Source: Candidatus Aminicenantes bacterium
Lineage (GTDB): Bacteria > Acidobacteriota > Aminicenantia > UBA2199
NCBI GenBank assembly: GCA_011049425.1
Contig: DSBM01000125.1
Span: 1,553-65,552, forward strand
Direction: 5' to 3'
DNA length: 64,000 bases
In this document: positions 1-10,284 of the stretch, in pieces
Layout of the letters: each line of letters starts with the position of its first letter
Position numbering within the stretch: position 1 is the stretch's first letter
Notes under the pieces: generated by a model
The model's input: the letters and a program-made list of their open reading frames with translations, nothing else
Told to the model about the DNA's origin: nothing
The model's database searches: none
Translations under genes and position numbers: made by a program

Positions 1-633
1 CAGGCGGAATAACTCTTCTTGCACACGTTCCCGGCTTAGTTCTTGCAGGGGAATAGACGCGGCGCGGCGGATGATTTCCGGGTCTACTTTAAACCCGAGA
101 ACCGCGGCAAATCGGGCGCAACGCAATAGCCTCAATGGATCATCTGCGAACGTATCGGGACCGGTCATGACGATTCGGCGCTGACGCAAGGCCTCCCTGC
201 CGTTGAACGGATCCACTAATTCGTTGTCCACCAGACGCATTGCCATTGAGTTGCAGGTAAAATCACGGCGGGCGAGATCCTCTTCAAGCGTAATTTTCGG
301 TCCGGACAGAATGGCGAAATTGCGGTGGGAATGGCGGCGCGGATCCAGGCGTGCATCCATGCGCGGCACAGACACATCATAGGTCATGCCGTCAACAGTG
401 AACTTGACGACGGCGAAACTCTTTCCCACGGTTCCGGTGCGGCCATGGGGGCTGAGAATCTCTTCGATTTCCCCGTAAGTGCGGCCGGTCACAACCAGGT
501 CGATATCCCGGCCCCCACGCCGGGCGGCTGTAAGTAAATAATCCCGGACCGTTCCTCCCACCAGGAAAACCGCTTCACCGAACAGGTCCACAAACAGGCG
601 GCGATGGGGAAACTCAATTCCGGGCAGTTTCAT
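1..633 (-). CDS. CCA-adding tRNA nucleotidyltransferase / poly(A) polymerase family protein (partial, C-terminus beyond window start)
   Basis: Minus-strand frame open from ATG (rc of 631-633) to position 1; translation MKLPGIEFPHRRLFVDLFGEAVFLVGGTVRDYLL...DIDLVV... shows the GGxVRD and DxD head-domain motifs of the polymerase-beta-like tRNA-NT/PcnB family; not in ORF track because no stop codon in window. Confidence 0.6.
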   Translation of the reverse strand, partial: MKLPGIEFPHRRLFVDLFGEAVFLVGGTVRDYLLTAARRGGRDIDLVVTGRTYGEIEEILSPHGRTGTVGKSFAVVKFTVDGMTYDVSVPRMDARLDPRRHSHRNFAILSGPKITLEEDLARRDFTCNSMAMRLVDNELVDPFNGREALRQRRIVMTGPDTFADDPLRLLRCARFAAVLGFKVDPEIIRRAASIPLQELSRERVQEELFRL

Positions 634-1129
634 GATGCTGATACCGGTCCAGGTAACCGATGAATCGTTGCAGTTCTTTAAACTGTGCCGTATCAATGCG
701 CTGAAATTGAAAGGCCGCCACATGCCGATCCGGTCCCGAACCGATCCGCACCAGGCGCATGCACTCTACACAGAACCGGTTCAGCGGCGTGGAAATAATC
801 GCCTGGTTCACCTCCATTCCGGGCTCGAGGCGGCGGCGGAAACCACCGATGATCGCGGCAGTTCCACTCAAAGAGAGATCACGCAGTCGCCCACGCAACA
901 GGCGGCCGTTGCTGTCCGTGGCGTGCAGCCATACATCCAGATCCACCGGCAACAACACGCGCCGCATTTCACGCATGTTGCGCCCCGACGCGGGATGGGC
1001 ATGGGCATAAGCAAGAAAATCATCCACGATCCGCTGCTTGCGGCGCTTCTCAAAGCGGCCCAGCATCCACAAAGCCACGAACAGGGGAATTGAAAGCAAG
1101 GCGGTCAAGGCAAGGATTTTTAGGCTCAT
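614..1129 (-). CDS. PilZ domain-containing protein with N-terminal TM segment
   Basis: 171-aa ORF; RRVLLPVDLDVW / LRGRLRDLSLSGTAAIIGG matches PilZ RxxxR...DxSxxG c-di-GMP-binding signature; hydrophobic N-terminus; 20-nt overlap with downstream gene start. Confidence 0.6.
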   Translation of the reverse strand: MSLKILALTALLSIPLFVALWMLGRFEKRRKQRIVDDFLAYAHAHPASGRNMREMRRVLLPVDLDVWLHATDSNGRLLRGRLRDLSLSGTAAIIGGFRRRLEPGMEVNQAIISTPLNRFCVECMRLVRIGSGPDRHVAAFQFQRIDTAQFKELQRFIGYLDRYQHHETARN

Positions 1130-1224
1130 TCACACGCACCACAATCTCATTCACTATAGCCGCGCGGCAGAAAAGTGTCAACCCGGGGATTGCGTTCTAT
1201 TCTCATCACCAGTATATTAATGGC

Positions 1225-2643
1225 ATGAAAATCGACTTTTACTCCCACGGAGCCTGCCGGGAGGTTACCGGTTCAAAGCATTTCCTGGACGTAGACGGCC
1301 ACACATTGCAGATCGATTCGGGCATGTTTCAAGGGCGCCGGCGGGAATCCTATGAAAAGAACCGTGACCTGCCGTTCAACCCGGCCGATGTGGACGCGAT
1401 CATTCTGACCCACGGCCATTTCGACCATTCAGGCGCCTTGCCCATCATGGTGAAGAAAGGATTCGACGGCCCGGTATTCGCCACATCCGCCACACGCGAC
1501 ATCACCAACATCATCCTTTTCGATAGCGCATACATCCAGCAAAAAGATCATGAATACCTGGCGGAAAAGGCCCGCAAGTACCCGGAGCGCAACCTCATCG
1601 CCTACGAACCGCTTTACGACAGCCAGGATGCCGTAAACGCCATGCAGCATTTCGCCGGGCACGGCTACCATAGAACCTTTGGCGCGATCCCTGGAGTAAA
1701 GGCCAACTTTTACGACGCCGGCCATATTCTGGGCGCCGCCACCGTCCACCTCGAGATCGATAACGGCATGTGTATCGGATTTTCCGGCGACCTCGGCCGT
1801 CCCAATCTACCCATTATCCGCGACCCCGAAATCTTGCCGCCAATGGACTACCTGGTCCTGGAAGGCACCTATGGAAACCGTTTGCACGAATCGATCGGCA
1901 TGGCCCGGGAATCACTGGAAAAGGTGATCCGGCGCGCCACAGAGCGCCGTGGGAAAGTCATTATCCCCGCCTTTACCATTGAACGCACCCAGGAACTCAT
2001 TTACTTTATTCACCAATTGACCCGCGAACGCCGCATCCATGCCCTTCCCATTTTCATCGACTCCCCCATGGCCGTAAACGCCACCTCGATATTTAAAATC
2101 CACCCGGAATGTTTTGACCGTGAAACCGTGGATTACTTTTTGTCCAAAAACATCGATCCTTTCGGGTTTGAAACCATCCGCTACGTGACATCCGTGCGCG
2201 AATCGCGTGAAATCAACGACCTGGAGGGGCCGGCTGTCATCATTTCCGCCAGCGGCATGGCTGAAAACGGCCGCATCCTTCACCATTTGAAAAACCACAT
2301 CGGCAAACCCCGCAACATCGTGGCGATTGTGGGCTTCATGGCGGAAAACACCCTGGGTCGGAAACTGGTGGAACGACATCCCTCAGTTAAAATATTCGGC
2401 AAAGATTACCCCGTCAAAGCGGAAGTCGTGACGCTGAATGCTTTTTCCGCCCATGCAGACTACAAGGAGATGCAGGAATGGCTGGGCAAACACGACCTGG
2501 ACCGCTTGAAAAAGATCTTCCTGGTTCATGGAGAAGCCGATTCGCTCACCAGCCTCAGGCAGAAACTCCTGAATCAGGGCATTCCGGATGTGGAGATCGT
2601 GCAGTCGGGGGTTCACTACCCCCTGCCGGCAGCGTTGCCCTGA
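1225..2643 (+). CDS. MBL-fold metallo-hydrolase, beta-CASP family (RNA-metabolising, RNase J/CPSF-like)
   Basis: ORF 1090-2643; start moved to ATG 1225 (MKIDFYSHG) because 1090 overlaps PilZ gene; THGHFDHSGALP (HxHxDH), downstream D/H motifs and C-terminal RNA-specificity-domain-like region. Confidence 0.75.
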   Translation: MKIDFYSHGACREVTGSKHFLDVDGHTLQIDSGMFQGRRRESYEKNRDLPFNPADVDAIILTHGHFDHSGALPIMVKKGFDGPVFATSATRDITNIILFDSAYIQQKDHEYLAEKARKYPERNLIAYEPLYDSQDAVNAMQHFAGHGYHRTFGAIPGVKANFYDAGHILGAATVHLEIDNGMCIGFSGDLGRPNLPIIRDPEILPPMDYLVLEGTYGNRLHESIGMARESLEKVIRRATERRGKVIIPAFTIERTQELIYFIHQLTRERRIHALPIFIDSPMAVNATSIFKIHPECFDRETVDYFLSKNIDPFGFETIRYVTSVRESREINDLEGPAVIISASGMAENGRILHHLKNHIGKPRNIVAIVGFMAENTLGRKLVERHPSVKIFGKDYPVKAEVVTLNAFSAHADYKEMQEWLGKHDLDRLKKIFLVHGEADSLTSLRQKLLNQGIPDVEIVQSGVHYPLPAALP

Positions 2644-2715
2644 TCATATCCGGATCCGTTCCCAAACTTGATATCCTTCCAGAAAAGCTTATAATATACG
2701 GCGGAGGCGCGAGTC

Positions 2716-3909
2716 ATGAACATAGATGATCTACTGAAAATTGCGGTAGAGCGTAACGCGTCCGATCTCCACCTGAAAGTCGGTAACCATCCCGTTCTCA
2801 GAATCGACGGCACCCTCCATCCACTGGTGGAGCTCAAACGGCTCATGCAGGAAGACACCATCACCATGGCTTTTTCGATCATGGGAACCCGTCAGAAAGA
2901 ACAATTCAAACAGGATCACGAAATCGACATGTCTTACAGCGTTCCCGGATTGGGAAGGTTCCGTTGCAATGTGTTTCAACAACGCGGCGCAATCGGTATT
3001 GTCATGCGCATCATTCCGACCCTGATCAAGTCCATTCATGATCTGAACCTGCCGCTGGTATTGGAACGAATCGCGGACGAGCGCCGGGGAATGATCCTGG
3101 TCACCGGTACAACCGGAAGCGGCAAATCCACCTCTCTGGCCGCCATGATAGACCACGTCAACACCCATCGCATTGAACACATCATGACCATCGAAGACCC
3201 CATAGAATATCTCCACCGCGACAAAAAATGCATTATCAACCAGCGCGAGGTCAACTCCGACACCCACTCGTTCGCCCGCGCCTTGCGCAGTTCTTTGCGT
3301 GAAGATCCGGATGTCATCCTGGTTGGAGAAATGCGCGACCTGGAGACAATTGAAACCGCCCTGCTGGCCGCCGAAACCGGCCACATGGTGCTGTCCACGC
3401 TTCACACCCTGGACGCCCCCGAAACCATTAACCGCATCATTTCCATGTTCCCCCCCCACCAGCAGAAACAGATCCGCATCCAACTGGCAGCCGTGCTCAA
3501 GGCCATCATCTCGATGCGACTGATCCCTCGTTCCAATCGCAAGGGACGGGTGCCGGCGGTAGAGATCATGATCACCACCCCGTTTATCCAGGACTGCATC
3601 GTGAATCCTGAAAAAACCAAGTTCATACGCGAGGCCATTGCCCAGGGTGTTTCCCAGTATGGCATGCAGACATTTGACCAATCTCTTTATTTTCTGTACG
3701 AACGCGGGTTGATCAGCTATGAGGACGCCTTGAAGTGGGCCTCCAACGTAGACGAGTTCAAACTCAAAAAGATCGGGGTTCAGAGCACCAAGGACATGGC
3801 CACCGAAGAGATGGAAAAGCGCATATCCGATATCGCCGACACTGGAGACGAAAACGCTGAGTCAGACGGGCCCCGGGATCACAACCTGCTCAACATCGAT
3901 GACATATGA
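2716..3909 (+). CDS. pilT: type IV pilus retraction ATPase PilT/PilU family
   Basis: 397 aa; N-terminus MNIDDLLKIAVERNASDLHL, Walker A GTTGSGKST, Asp/His boxes typical of PilT; C-terminal ~50-aa acidic extension; ATGA overlap with alaS start. Confidence 0.85.
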   Translation: MNIDDLLKIAVERNASDLHLKVGNHPVLRIDGTLHPLVELKRLMQEDTITMAFSIMGTRQKEQFKQDHEIDMSYSVPGLGRFRCNVFQQRGAIGIVMRIIPTLIKSIHDLNLPLVLERIADERRGMILVTGTTGSGKSTSLAAMIDHVNTHRIEHIMTIEDPIEYLHRDKKCIINQREVNSDTHSFARALRSSLREDPDVILVGEMRDLETIETALLAAETGHMVLSTLHTLDAPETINRIISMFPPHQQKQIRIQLAAVLKAIISMRLIPRSNRKGRVPAVEIMITTPFIQDCIVNPEKTKFIREAIAQGVSQYGMQTFDQSLYFLYERGLISYEDALKWASNVDEFKLKKIGVQSTKDMATEEMEKRISDIADTGDENAESDGPRDHNLLNIDDI

Positions 3910-6524
3910 ACCACCTAGAGATCCGTGAACGGTTCCTGGCTTTCTTTGAAGGCCACGGACACCGCCGCGTGTTATCCGCCCCGCTGGTGCCGGCTCGCGA
4001 TCGCACGCTGTTGTTTACCAACGCCGGCATGAATCAGTTCAAAGGCGTGTTCCTGCAGCAGGAAACACGGGAATACAACCGGGCCGCCAGCATTCAAAAG
4101 TGCATGCGGGTATCGGGAAAACACAACGATTTCGACGAGGTCGGCCGCACCGCATTTCACCATACCTTTTTTGAGATGCTGGGAAACTTCTCTTTCGGAA
4201 ATTACTTTAAGGAAGCCGCCATTGAATATGCCTGGACCCTGCTGACCCGGAATTATGGGTTCTCACCGGAGCAGTTGTGGGTTTCCGTTTTCCGGGAAGA
4301 TGACGAGGCTTTCCGCATCTGGCGGGAACGGATCGGAGTACCGGAAGCCCGCATCGCGCGCATGGACGAGGCAGACAATTTCTGGCAAATGGGAGACACC
4401 GGCCCCTGCGGACCCTGTTCCGAAATCCATTTCGACCGCGGTGAGCATTTCGGAAAAGCCGATTTCGTGGCCAACCCTTCGCGTTTCGTTGAAATCTGGA
4501 ACCTGGTGTTCATGCAGTTCATCCGCGATGAATCGGGAGTTTTAACCCCGCTGCCCGCGCCTTCGATCGATACGGGCATGGGATTGGAACGCCTGGCCGC
4601 GTTGCTGCAGAAAGTTTCGGGCAACTACGCCACCGATCTGTTTCTCCCCATTATCAACACTGCGGCTGAACTCACCGGCACGGATACCGCCAAAGCGGAA
4701 TCAGAGGTTCCCCTGAACGTGGTGGCCGATCATATCCGTGCTTTGACTTTTCTCATTGCCGACGGTGTGTTGCCCTCCAATGACGGCCGCGGATACGTTC
4801 TGCGCCGCATTCTGAGGCGGGCCGCCAGACATGGCCGCGCCCTCGGACAAGAGGCGCCGTTCCTCCACCGCCTCTGCCACACGGTGGTCGAAATCATGGC
4901 GCCTTGTTATCCTGAACTCGAATTTTCCGCTGATTTTATCTCGCGGGTGATCCTGAATGAAGAAGAACGTTTCGCGCACACGCTGGCCCGGGGATTGAGA
5001 CGTTTCGACGAACTCCTGGACCGGGCCCGCGAATCCAGCCGCCCCATCATTCCCGGAAACGAATTGTTCACGTTATCCGATACCTATGGCTTTCCCCTGG
5101 ATTTCGCTGCTGACCTGGCGCGGGAAAAAAACGTAGAGATCGACCATGAAGGCTTTCAGGCGGCTTTGAACCAGCAACGGGAACAATCGAGGACACGCCG
5201 GCGTGATTCCGTTTCCGCGCCCGTTCTGGAAGGTGCCGGCACATGGACCACTCGTTTTACGGGATACAAGGTTATCGAAGATGCGGCAACGGTCATTGCC
5301 GTATTGGTGGATGGAAAACCAGTCAAGTCCGTGGAAAGTGGAGACAGTGAAAAAGAGGTGATCCTCATTTTTGACCGCACGCCTTTTTACGCGGAATCCG
5401 GGGGACAGGTGGGCGACCGGGGCAAAGGACACACGGACAGCGCTTTTTTCCAGGTAACGGACACGCGCAAGAGCGAAAGCGGGGCTTTTTTGCATTACAT
5501 CCGCCTGCGCCGTGGTCGCATTGCCTCGAAAGACCGGGCCAGGTTGGAAATCGACGCAACGCACCGCCGCGATACGGCGGTCCATCATACGGCTACGCAC
5601 CTGTTGCACTCCGCACTGCGGGAAGTGCTGGGACTGCATGTCAAGCAATCCGGCTCGTACGTGGGTCCGGACAAGCTGCGCTTTGATTTCACCCATTTTC
5701 AAGCCTTGACGGACAAGGAAATCCAGTCCGTAGAGAACCTGGTAAATGAGAAGGTCCGCCGCAATGTCTTGATCAACGCCACCACGGAGGAATACGATGT
5801 GGCGGTTTCCCGGGGCGCCATTGCGTTTTTTGAAGAAAAATATTCCGACATCGTGCGCGTCATCCAGATGGATGACTTTTCCACCGAACTGTGCGGCGGC
5901 ACTCACCTGGATGCCACCGGTGAAATCGGTGTGTTCAAGATCCTTTCCGAATCCTCAATTTCCGCGGGAATCCGGCGCATCGAGGCCCTGGGCGGCGCCC
6001 CCGCATTCGCCCATATTCAGCAGCGCTTGCATTGTTTGCACACGTTGCAGCAACATTTCAGTCAACCCGCGGAGACACTCCCCCAATACCTGGTTCAACT
6101 GGAACAAAATACCCGGGAGTTGGAGCGGCGCCTGGAGGCTCTGCAACGGCGGCAAAGACAACCGGATTTGAAAACAGTCATGGACAGAGCCGAGCCCATC
6201 GGTGAAACCGCGGCTGTGGTGGAGTTTTTCGGCGATCTGGATCGCAAGCAACTCAGTACATTGGCGGACGAATTAAAAAAGCAACTCAAGGGATTGGCCG
6301 TGCTGTTCGCCAACACCAACGGCAAATCCGCCATCACGGTTTCAGTGGCCGACGAATTGGCTTCAACCTTTAATGCTTCGCAACTGGTCAAACAGATCGC
6401 GGAACTGGTGGAAGGCAGCGGCGGCGGGCGGCCCGATTTCGCCCAGGCCGGCGGGCGGTTGATCACCGATTTTTCTCTCTTGCGTTCACGTGTGATAGAG
6501 ATTCTCAGGAGCCGGCTGCCATGA
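3906..6524 (+). CDS. alaS: alanine--tRNA ligase
   Basis: 872 aa; class II AlaRS catalytic core (FTNAGMNQFK, editing domain HTATHLLH, C-terminal DHHA1-like region). Confidence 0.95.
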   Translation: MNHLEIRERFLAFFEGHGHRRVLSAPLVPARDRTLLFTNAGMNQFKGVFLQQETREYNRAASIQKCMRVSGKHNDFDEVGRTAFHHTFFEMLGNFSFGNYFKEAAIEYAWTLLTRNYGFSPEQLWVSVFREDDEAFRIWRERIGVPEARIARMDEADNFWQMGDTGPCGPCSEIHFDRGEHFGKADFVANPSRFVEIWNLVFMQFIRDESGVLTPLPAPSIDTGMGLERLAALLQKVSGNYATDLFLPIINTAAELTGTDTAKAESEVPLNVVADHIRALTFLIADGVLPSNDGRGYVLRRILRRAARHGRALGQEAPFLHRLCHTVVEIMAPCYPELEFSADFISRVILNEEERFAHTLARGLRRFDELLDRARESSRPIIPGNELFTLSDTYGFPLDFAADLAREKNVEIDHEGFQAALNQQREQSRTRRRDSVSAPVLEGAGTWTTRFTGYKVIEDAATVIAVLVDGKPVKSVESGDSEKEVILIFDRTPFYAESGGQVGDRGKGHTDSAFFQVTDTRKSESGAFLHYIRLRRGRIASKDRARLEIDATHRRDTAVHHTATHLLHSALREVLGLHVKQSGSYVGPDKLRFDFTHFQALTDKEIQSVENLVNEKVRRNVLINATTEEYDVAVSRGAIAFFEEKYSDIVRVIQMDDFSTELCGGTHLDATGEIGVFKILSESSISAGIRRIEALGGAPAFAHIQQRLHCLHTLQQHFSQPAETLPQYLVQLEQNTRELERRLEALQRRQRQPDLKTVMDRAEPIGETAAVVEFFGDLDRKQLSTLADELKKQLKGLAVLFANTNGKSAITVSVADELASTFNASQLVKQIAELVEGSGGGRPDFAQAGGRLITDFSLLRSRVIEILRSRLP

Positions 6525-7186
6525 AATTCATGGGGGTATTGCTCCTGCTGTTGCCTTTGACCGCGCATACCCAGGATGAAGTGAAAATTCAACGCAAGCC
6601 GCGGGGACAAATCGAGATTCGCAACGCATTGCGCAGGCCGGCCCGATCCGTATCCGTTCAGAACCGTGGTATTTCCATCCCCTCAGCCAGCCGGGAATTG
6701 TCCCTCAAGATCCGCGAGTTGGCAACCCGGCACAGCATGGAAGAATCCCTTGTTTACGCTGTGGCGCGGGCTGAAAGCGCGCTCAATCCCTACGCGGTTT
6801 CGCCCAAGGGAGCTGTCGGCATCATGCAGCTCATGCCGGATACAGCCAAACTGTATGGCGTCAAAAATCGTTTCAATATCAATGAAAACCTGGAAGCCGG
6901 CATCCGTCACTTGAAGTACTTGAATGATCGTTTCAACGGTGACCTGGCCCTGATTCTGGCCGCCTACAACGCCGGCGAAGAAGCGGTTCGCAAATACAAC
7001 GGCATCCCCCCATTCAAGGAAACCCAGCAGTACGTGCGCCGGGTAATGCGCCTCATGGGCCGCACTTTCACCGGGGGTGCAAATGTACCTTCTCCCCTGT
7101 ACAAGGTGATCACATCTCAGGGAAGAATCCTGATTACGAATACGCCCCCGCCCCGGAACGTGGGCAAAGTGGAGAGATTGAAGTGA
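6521..7186 (+). CDS. lytic transglycosylase domain protein (SLT family), secreted
   Basis: signal peptide MKFMGVLLLLLPLTAHTQ; SLT motif ESALNPYAVSPKGAVGIMQLMPDTA...AYNAGE; ATGA overlap with alaS stop. Confidence 0.8.
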   Translation: MKFMGVLLLLLPLTAHTQDEVKIQRKPRGQIEIRNALRRPARSVSVQNRGISIPSASRELSLKIRELATRHSMEESLVYAVARAESALNPYAVSPKGAVGIMQLMPDTAKLYGVKNRFNINENLEAGIRHLKYLNDRFNGDLALILAAYNAGEEAVRKYNGIPPFKETQQYVRRVMRLMGRTFTGGANVPSPLYKVITSQGRILITNTPPPRNVGKVERLK

Positions 7187-7692
7187 AAGCGACAACCCGG
7201 TCCGCACAACTCACCTATGGGATTCTGATCGGGGCCGCTAGCGCAGGTGTGATATCCCTGATCCCGCTTGTCAACCTTCTGAACCTTTTCTTTATGTTCT
7301 GGATGGCAATCGGCGGCGCCATCGGAGTTTGGGTTTTTCAACGCCGCAACCAGAAAGCCACTTTAACGGAAGCCGCCCTGTGCGGAGGATTGAGCGGGCT
7401 TTTGGGTGGCGTGATTTTCGCACTGGTTACGTACATGGCCCTGCATACAATTTCCCCCGAGGGATTCAACCGCATGCTGATGCTGATCGAAAAAATCCTG
7501 CCCAATTTCGGAGCAGAGGTGGATCCGTGGGTCACCAGCGATGATTTCCGAGGTATGCTGGGGATCGTATTGCTCATGTCCGTCGGTTTGTCCGGTCTGG
7601 TGGGGATCCTGGGCGGATTGATCGCCCGTTGGGCCTGGTCACCGCGAAAACAGAAAGATTCCGGGCTCCCCAGCGGGGAACATCATGACTGA
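7183..7692 (+). CDS. hypothetical multi-pass membrane protein
   Basis: 169 aa, GTG start overlapping upstream stop (GTGA), 4-5 hydrophobic helices, no recognisable catalytic motif. Confidence 0.5.
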   Translation: MKATTRSAQLTYGILIGAASAGVISLIPLVNLLNLFFMFWMAIGGAIGVWVFQRRNQKATLTEAALCGGLSGLLGGVIFALVTYMALHTISPEGFNRMLMLIEKILPNFGAEVDPWVTSDDFRGMLGIVLLMSVGLSGLVGILGGLIARWAWSPRKQKDSGLPSGEHHD

Positions 7693-8620
7693 AACCTGCC
7701 GTGTCCACCTGGTGGTCAACCCCTTTTCCGCCCGGGGCCGAACCGCTGAGCGTTGGAAAACCATCCGTGAAGCGGTGCGGCAATACTATCGTGAATTCAA
7801 ATACGTCTTTACCGAGCGCCCCCTTCAAGCCACCGAAATCGTGCGCGAATTGCTGCGTGACGGATTTGATCTCATTATCGGCGTCGGCGGAGACGGCACG
7901 CTCAACGAAATCGCGAATGGATTTTTTGCGGAAAACCAACACTGCGCCATCAACGGAGACGCCTCCCTGGGCATGATTCCTTCCGGAACCGGATCCGACT
8001 TTATCCGCGGCCTGAAAATTCCCCGTGACCTGAGGGCTTCACTGCAGCGCATTAAAACGGCTCTGCCCAGGCGCATCGATGCCGGACGAATCGAATACCT
8101 GGGAGCGGATGCGCCCGCGCCGCGGTATTTTGTCAACGTCGCCGACTTCGGAATCGGCGCGGAAGTGGTCCGGCGCTTGACAAACGTCCCGGTTCGCAAA
8201 CCGGGCCGATGGACGTATTACTCCGGCCTGTTGTCCACGATCCGCAACTATTCCAGCCCTTGTATCCGCATCGAGACAGACGAGGGAGTCCGCTTGGAAG
8301 GGCGTTTCCTGATCGGTGCCGTGGCCAACGGCAGTGTTTTCGGCGGCGGCATGATTATTGCGCCGGACGCGCGGGCGGATGACGGTTGTTTCGATCTCGT
8401 GCTGGTAGACGACATGAAGCCCCTGGCCATTATCCGTCGTTCACTCAGTTTATATACCGGAACCATTCAAAAACGTCCCGAAGTTCGCGTTTTAAGAGCG
8501 AGATCCATTGAAGTGCACACAAACAATGAAACCGTGGGCCTTGAATTCGACGGTGAACCCGGCGGAACCTTGCCGGCACGGTTCGAATGCCTTCCCGCAT
8601 GTTTAAACATCCGACTGTAA
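7685..8620 (+). CDS. diacylglycerol-kinase catalytic-domain lipid kinase (YegS/BmrU family)
   Basis: 311 aa; VVNPFSARGR...IIGVGGDGTLNEIANG glycine-rich DAGK_cat motif. Confidence 0.75.
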   Translation: MTETCRVHLVVNPFSARGRTAERWKTIREAVRQYYREFKYVFTERPLQATEIVRELLRDGFDLIIGVGGDGTLNEIANGFFAENQHCAINGDASLGMIPSGTGSDFIRGLKIPRDLRASLQRIKTALPRRIDAGRIEYLGADAPAPRYFVNVADFGIGAEVVRRLTNVPVRKPGRWTYYSGLLSTIRNYSSPCIRIETDEGVRLEGRFLIGAVANGSVFGGGMIIAPDARADDGCFDLVLVDDMKPLAIIRRSLSLYTGTIQKRPEVRVLRARSIEVHTNNETVGLEFDGEPGGTLPARFECLPACLNIRL

Positions 8621-8722
8621 TTTTCACTGCCGGCGTCAGCGGCCAGGCCGCTGCAACAATTGCGTCGCGCGGCAGGGTATGATACCATTAAAGTTATAAT
8701 TTAATTACTTGGAGATGCGAAT

Positions 8723-9910
8723 ATGACAACTCGAGTTTCCATAACCTTGACCTGCCTCGTTCTCTTGCTTGCAACCGTGGGATGCCCCAATACCAATGCC
8801 GACCTGGCACGTTTTCATTCCACCTTTTCCCGGATTCAGCAGGAGTACAACTCCGGCCTCACCCAAGTGACGGACCGGGAAGCCTACTTAAAGTTGCAAA
8901 AAACCCGCAACCGTCGCTTGGATGAATTGCTCAACGATATGCCCGACGACCCGAAGTCCGACGCCGCAGTGATTCTGCGGGCCCGTGTCTTGGTCAATCT
9001 GCAACGAATTTCCAGTGCGGAGTCCCTGTTAAAGCCGTTATTGAACCGCAGCAAAACACCGCCGGAAGCCATTACGGTCCAGGTGCTGGCCCATATGGCC
9101 GCACAACGGCAGCATGATGCCCTAAAGATGTTTCGTTCCCTCAAAAGCGACATCACCGACCCCACCGACCGCCATAATATCTGGCTCTATTTCGCCATGG
9201 TTGCGGATAGTGCCGATGTTCAGCGCGACTTCGCCCGCAAATTCGTGGAATCTTCCGACATGCCTGCCCACTTTTCCCTGTTTCGTGCCAACGTATACGC
9301 GCAACTCTCCCGGCTGGAGCAGATGGAGAGCCGCTTCGACAGCGCACGTGAATGGCTGAAAAAGGCGATTGAGAGTGCCAGGGACCCCGCGATGCGCGCC
9401 TCCCTGGAAAGCGAGAGTCAACGCATGGAAATGCTTGGCCAGCCGTCACCCCGTCTGGTAGCTGAGCACTGGATCAACCAGCGTCCGCTGACATTGGAGG
9501 GGTTGAAAGGCAAAGTGGTGTTGATCGATTTCTGGGCCCCCTGGTGCAAACCCTGCCGCATGGTCATCCCCGATATGATCCGCATGTACAAAGACCTCAA
9601 AAAAGAAGGATTGGAAATCATCGGATTGACACGCCTGCACGGTTACTATAAAGACGACATCCAGGACCGGGGACGGGTGGAAGCGGATGAAGAACTTCGA
9701 TTGATCACTGATTTCGTTGGCCGCAATGACATCAATTACCCGGTGGCCGTATCCCGGGAAGGCCAGAGTTTTGATACATACAAGATCTCCGGCATCCCCA
9801 CCCTGGTGGTGATCGATCGCACGGGCCGTATCGCAACCATTACCGTTGGCGCGGGGCATCCGGATTCGTTGCGCCGCACCATTGAATCCCTTCTGGAGAA
9901 GAGCCTATGA
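8723..9910 (+). CDS. TlpA/ResA-like thiol-disulfide oxidoreductase lipoprotein with N-terminal helical (TPR-like) domain
   Basis: lipobox-like LLATVGC after signal peptide; C-terminal thioredoxin fold VVLIDFWAPWCKPCRMVIPDM (WCxxC); upstream RBS GGAGA. Confidence 0.75.
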   Translation: MTTRVSITLTCLVLLLATVGCPNTNADLARFHSTFSRIQQEYNSGLTQVTDREAYLKLQKTRNRRLDELLNDMPDDPKSDAAVILRARVLVNLQRISSAESLLKPLLNRSKTPPEAITVQVLAHMAAQRQHDALKMFRSLKSDITDPTDRHNIWLYFAMVADSADVQRDFARKFVESSDMPAHFSLFRANVYAQLSRLEQMESRFDSAREWLKKAIESARDPAMRASLESESQRMEMLGQPSPRLVAEHWINQRPLTLEGLKGKVVLIDFWAPWCKPCRMVIPDMIRMYKDLKKEGLEIIGLTRLHGYYKDDIQDRGRVEADEELRLITDFVGRNDINYPVAVSREGQSFDTYKISGIPTLVVIDRTGRIATITVGAGHPDSLRRTIESLLEKSL

Positions 9911-10212
9911 AACCGCTGACTGCCGACACCCATGATACTGCGCTTTCGACGGCCGAAACCGTTGTTTTTGATTTCAGTTCTCCCGGATGTGCTCCCTGCC
10001 GCAAAGTGCCGGCCCTGCTTGAAAGTGTGATTGATGAACTTTCCCTTCAGGACATCCAGACCTATGAGATCAACGTATCACAAGTGCCGGAACTGGCAGC
10101 TCGATACATGGTACTCAGTGTTCCCACCCTGATCATTTTTCGCAACGGGACTGAAATTGCGCGCTTTCATTCCCTGCCATCCAGGTCCAAACTGCGCGAT
10201 GCCCTGCAATGA
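9907..10212 (+). CDS. thioredoxin-family protein (atypical CAPC active site)
   Basis: 101 aa; FSSPGCAPCRKV...VPTLIIFRNG thioredoxin fold with cis-Pro region; overlaps upstream gene by 4 nt. Confidence 0.7.
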   Translation: MKPLTADTHDTALSTAETVVFDFSSPGCAPCRKVPALLESVIDELSLQDIQTYEINVSQVPELAARYMVLSVPTLIIFRNGTEIARFHSLPSRSKLRDALQ

Positions 10213-10284
10213 AAAGCGTCCCGGACCGAGCCGCAAAATTGTCCACAGATGAAGCAAATAACGGCCCTGAGGACCGGCAGGGAT

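Noticed and set aside
1090-1224. Upstream extension of the MBL-fold hydrolase ORF
   Set aside because: Overlaps the PilZ gene on the other strand and lacks an RBS. The internal ATG 1225 gives a normal N-terminus.
2731-3681. 316-aa minus-strand ORF inside pilT, and similar antisense ORFs inside alaS, gcvT, GH13, S46, glyQ/glyS and the sigma-54 EBP
   Set aside because: High-GC antisense shadow ORFs overlapping strongly supported genes. The others are 5073-5906, 30678-31535, 22497-23096, 26799-27890, 35374-36514 and 56964-57731. None has homology signatures or start signals.
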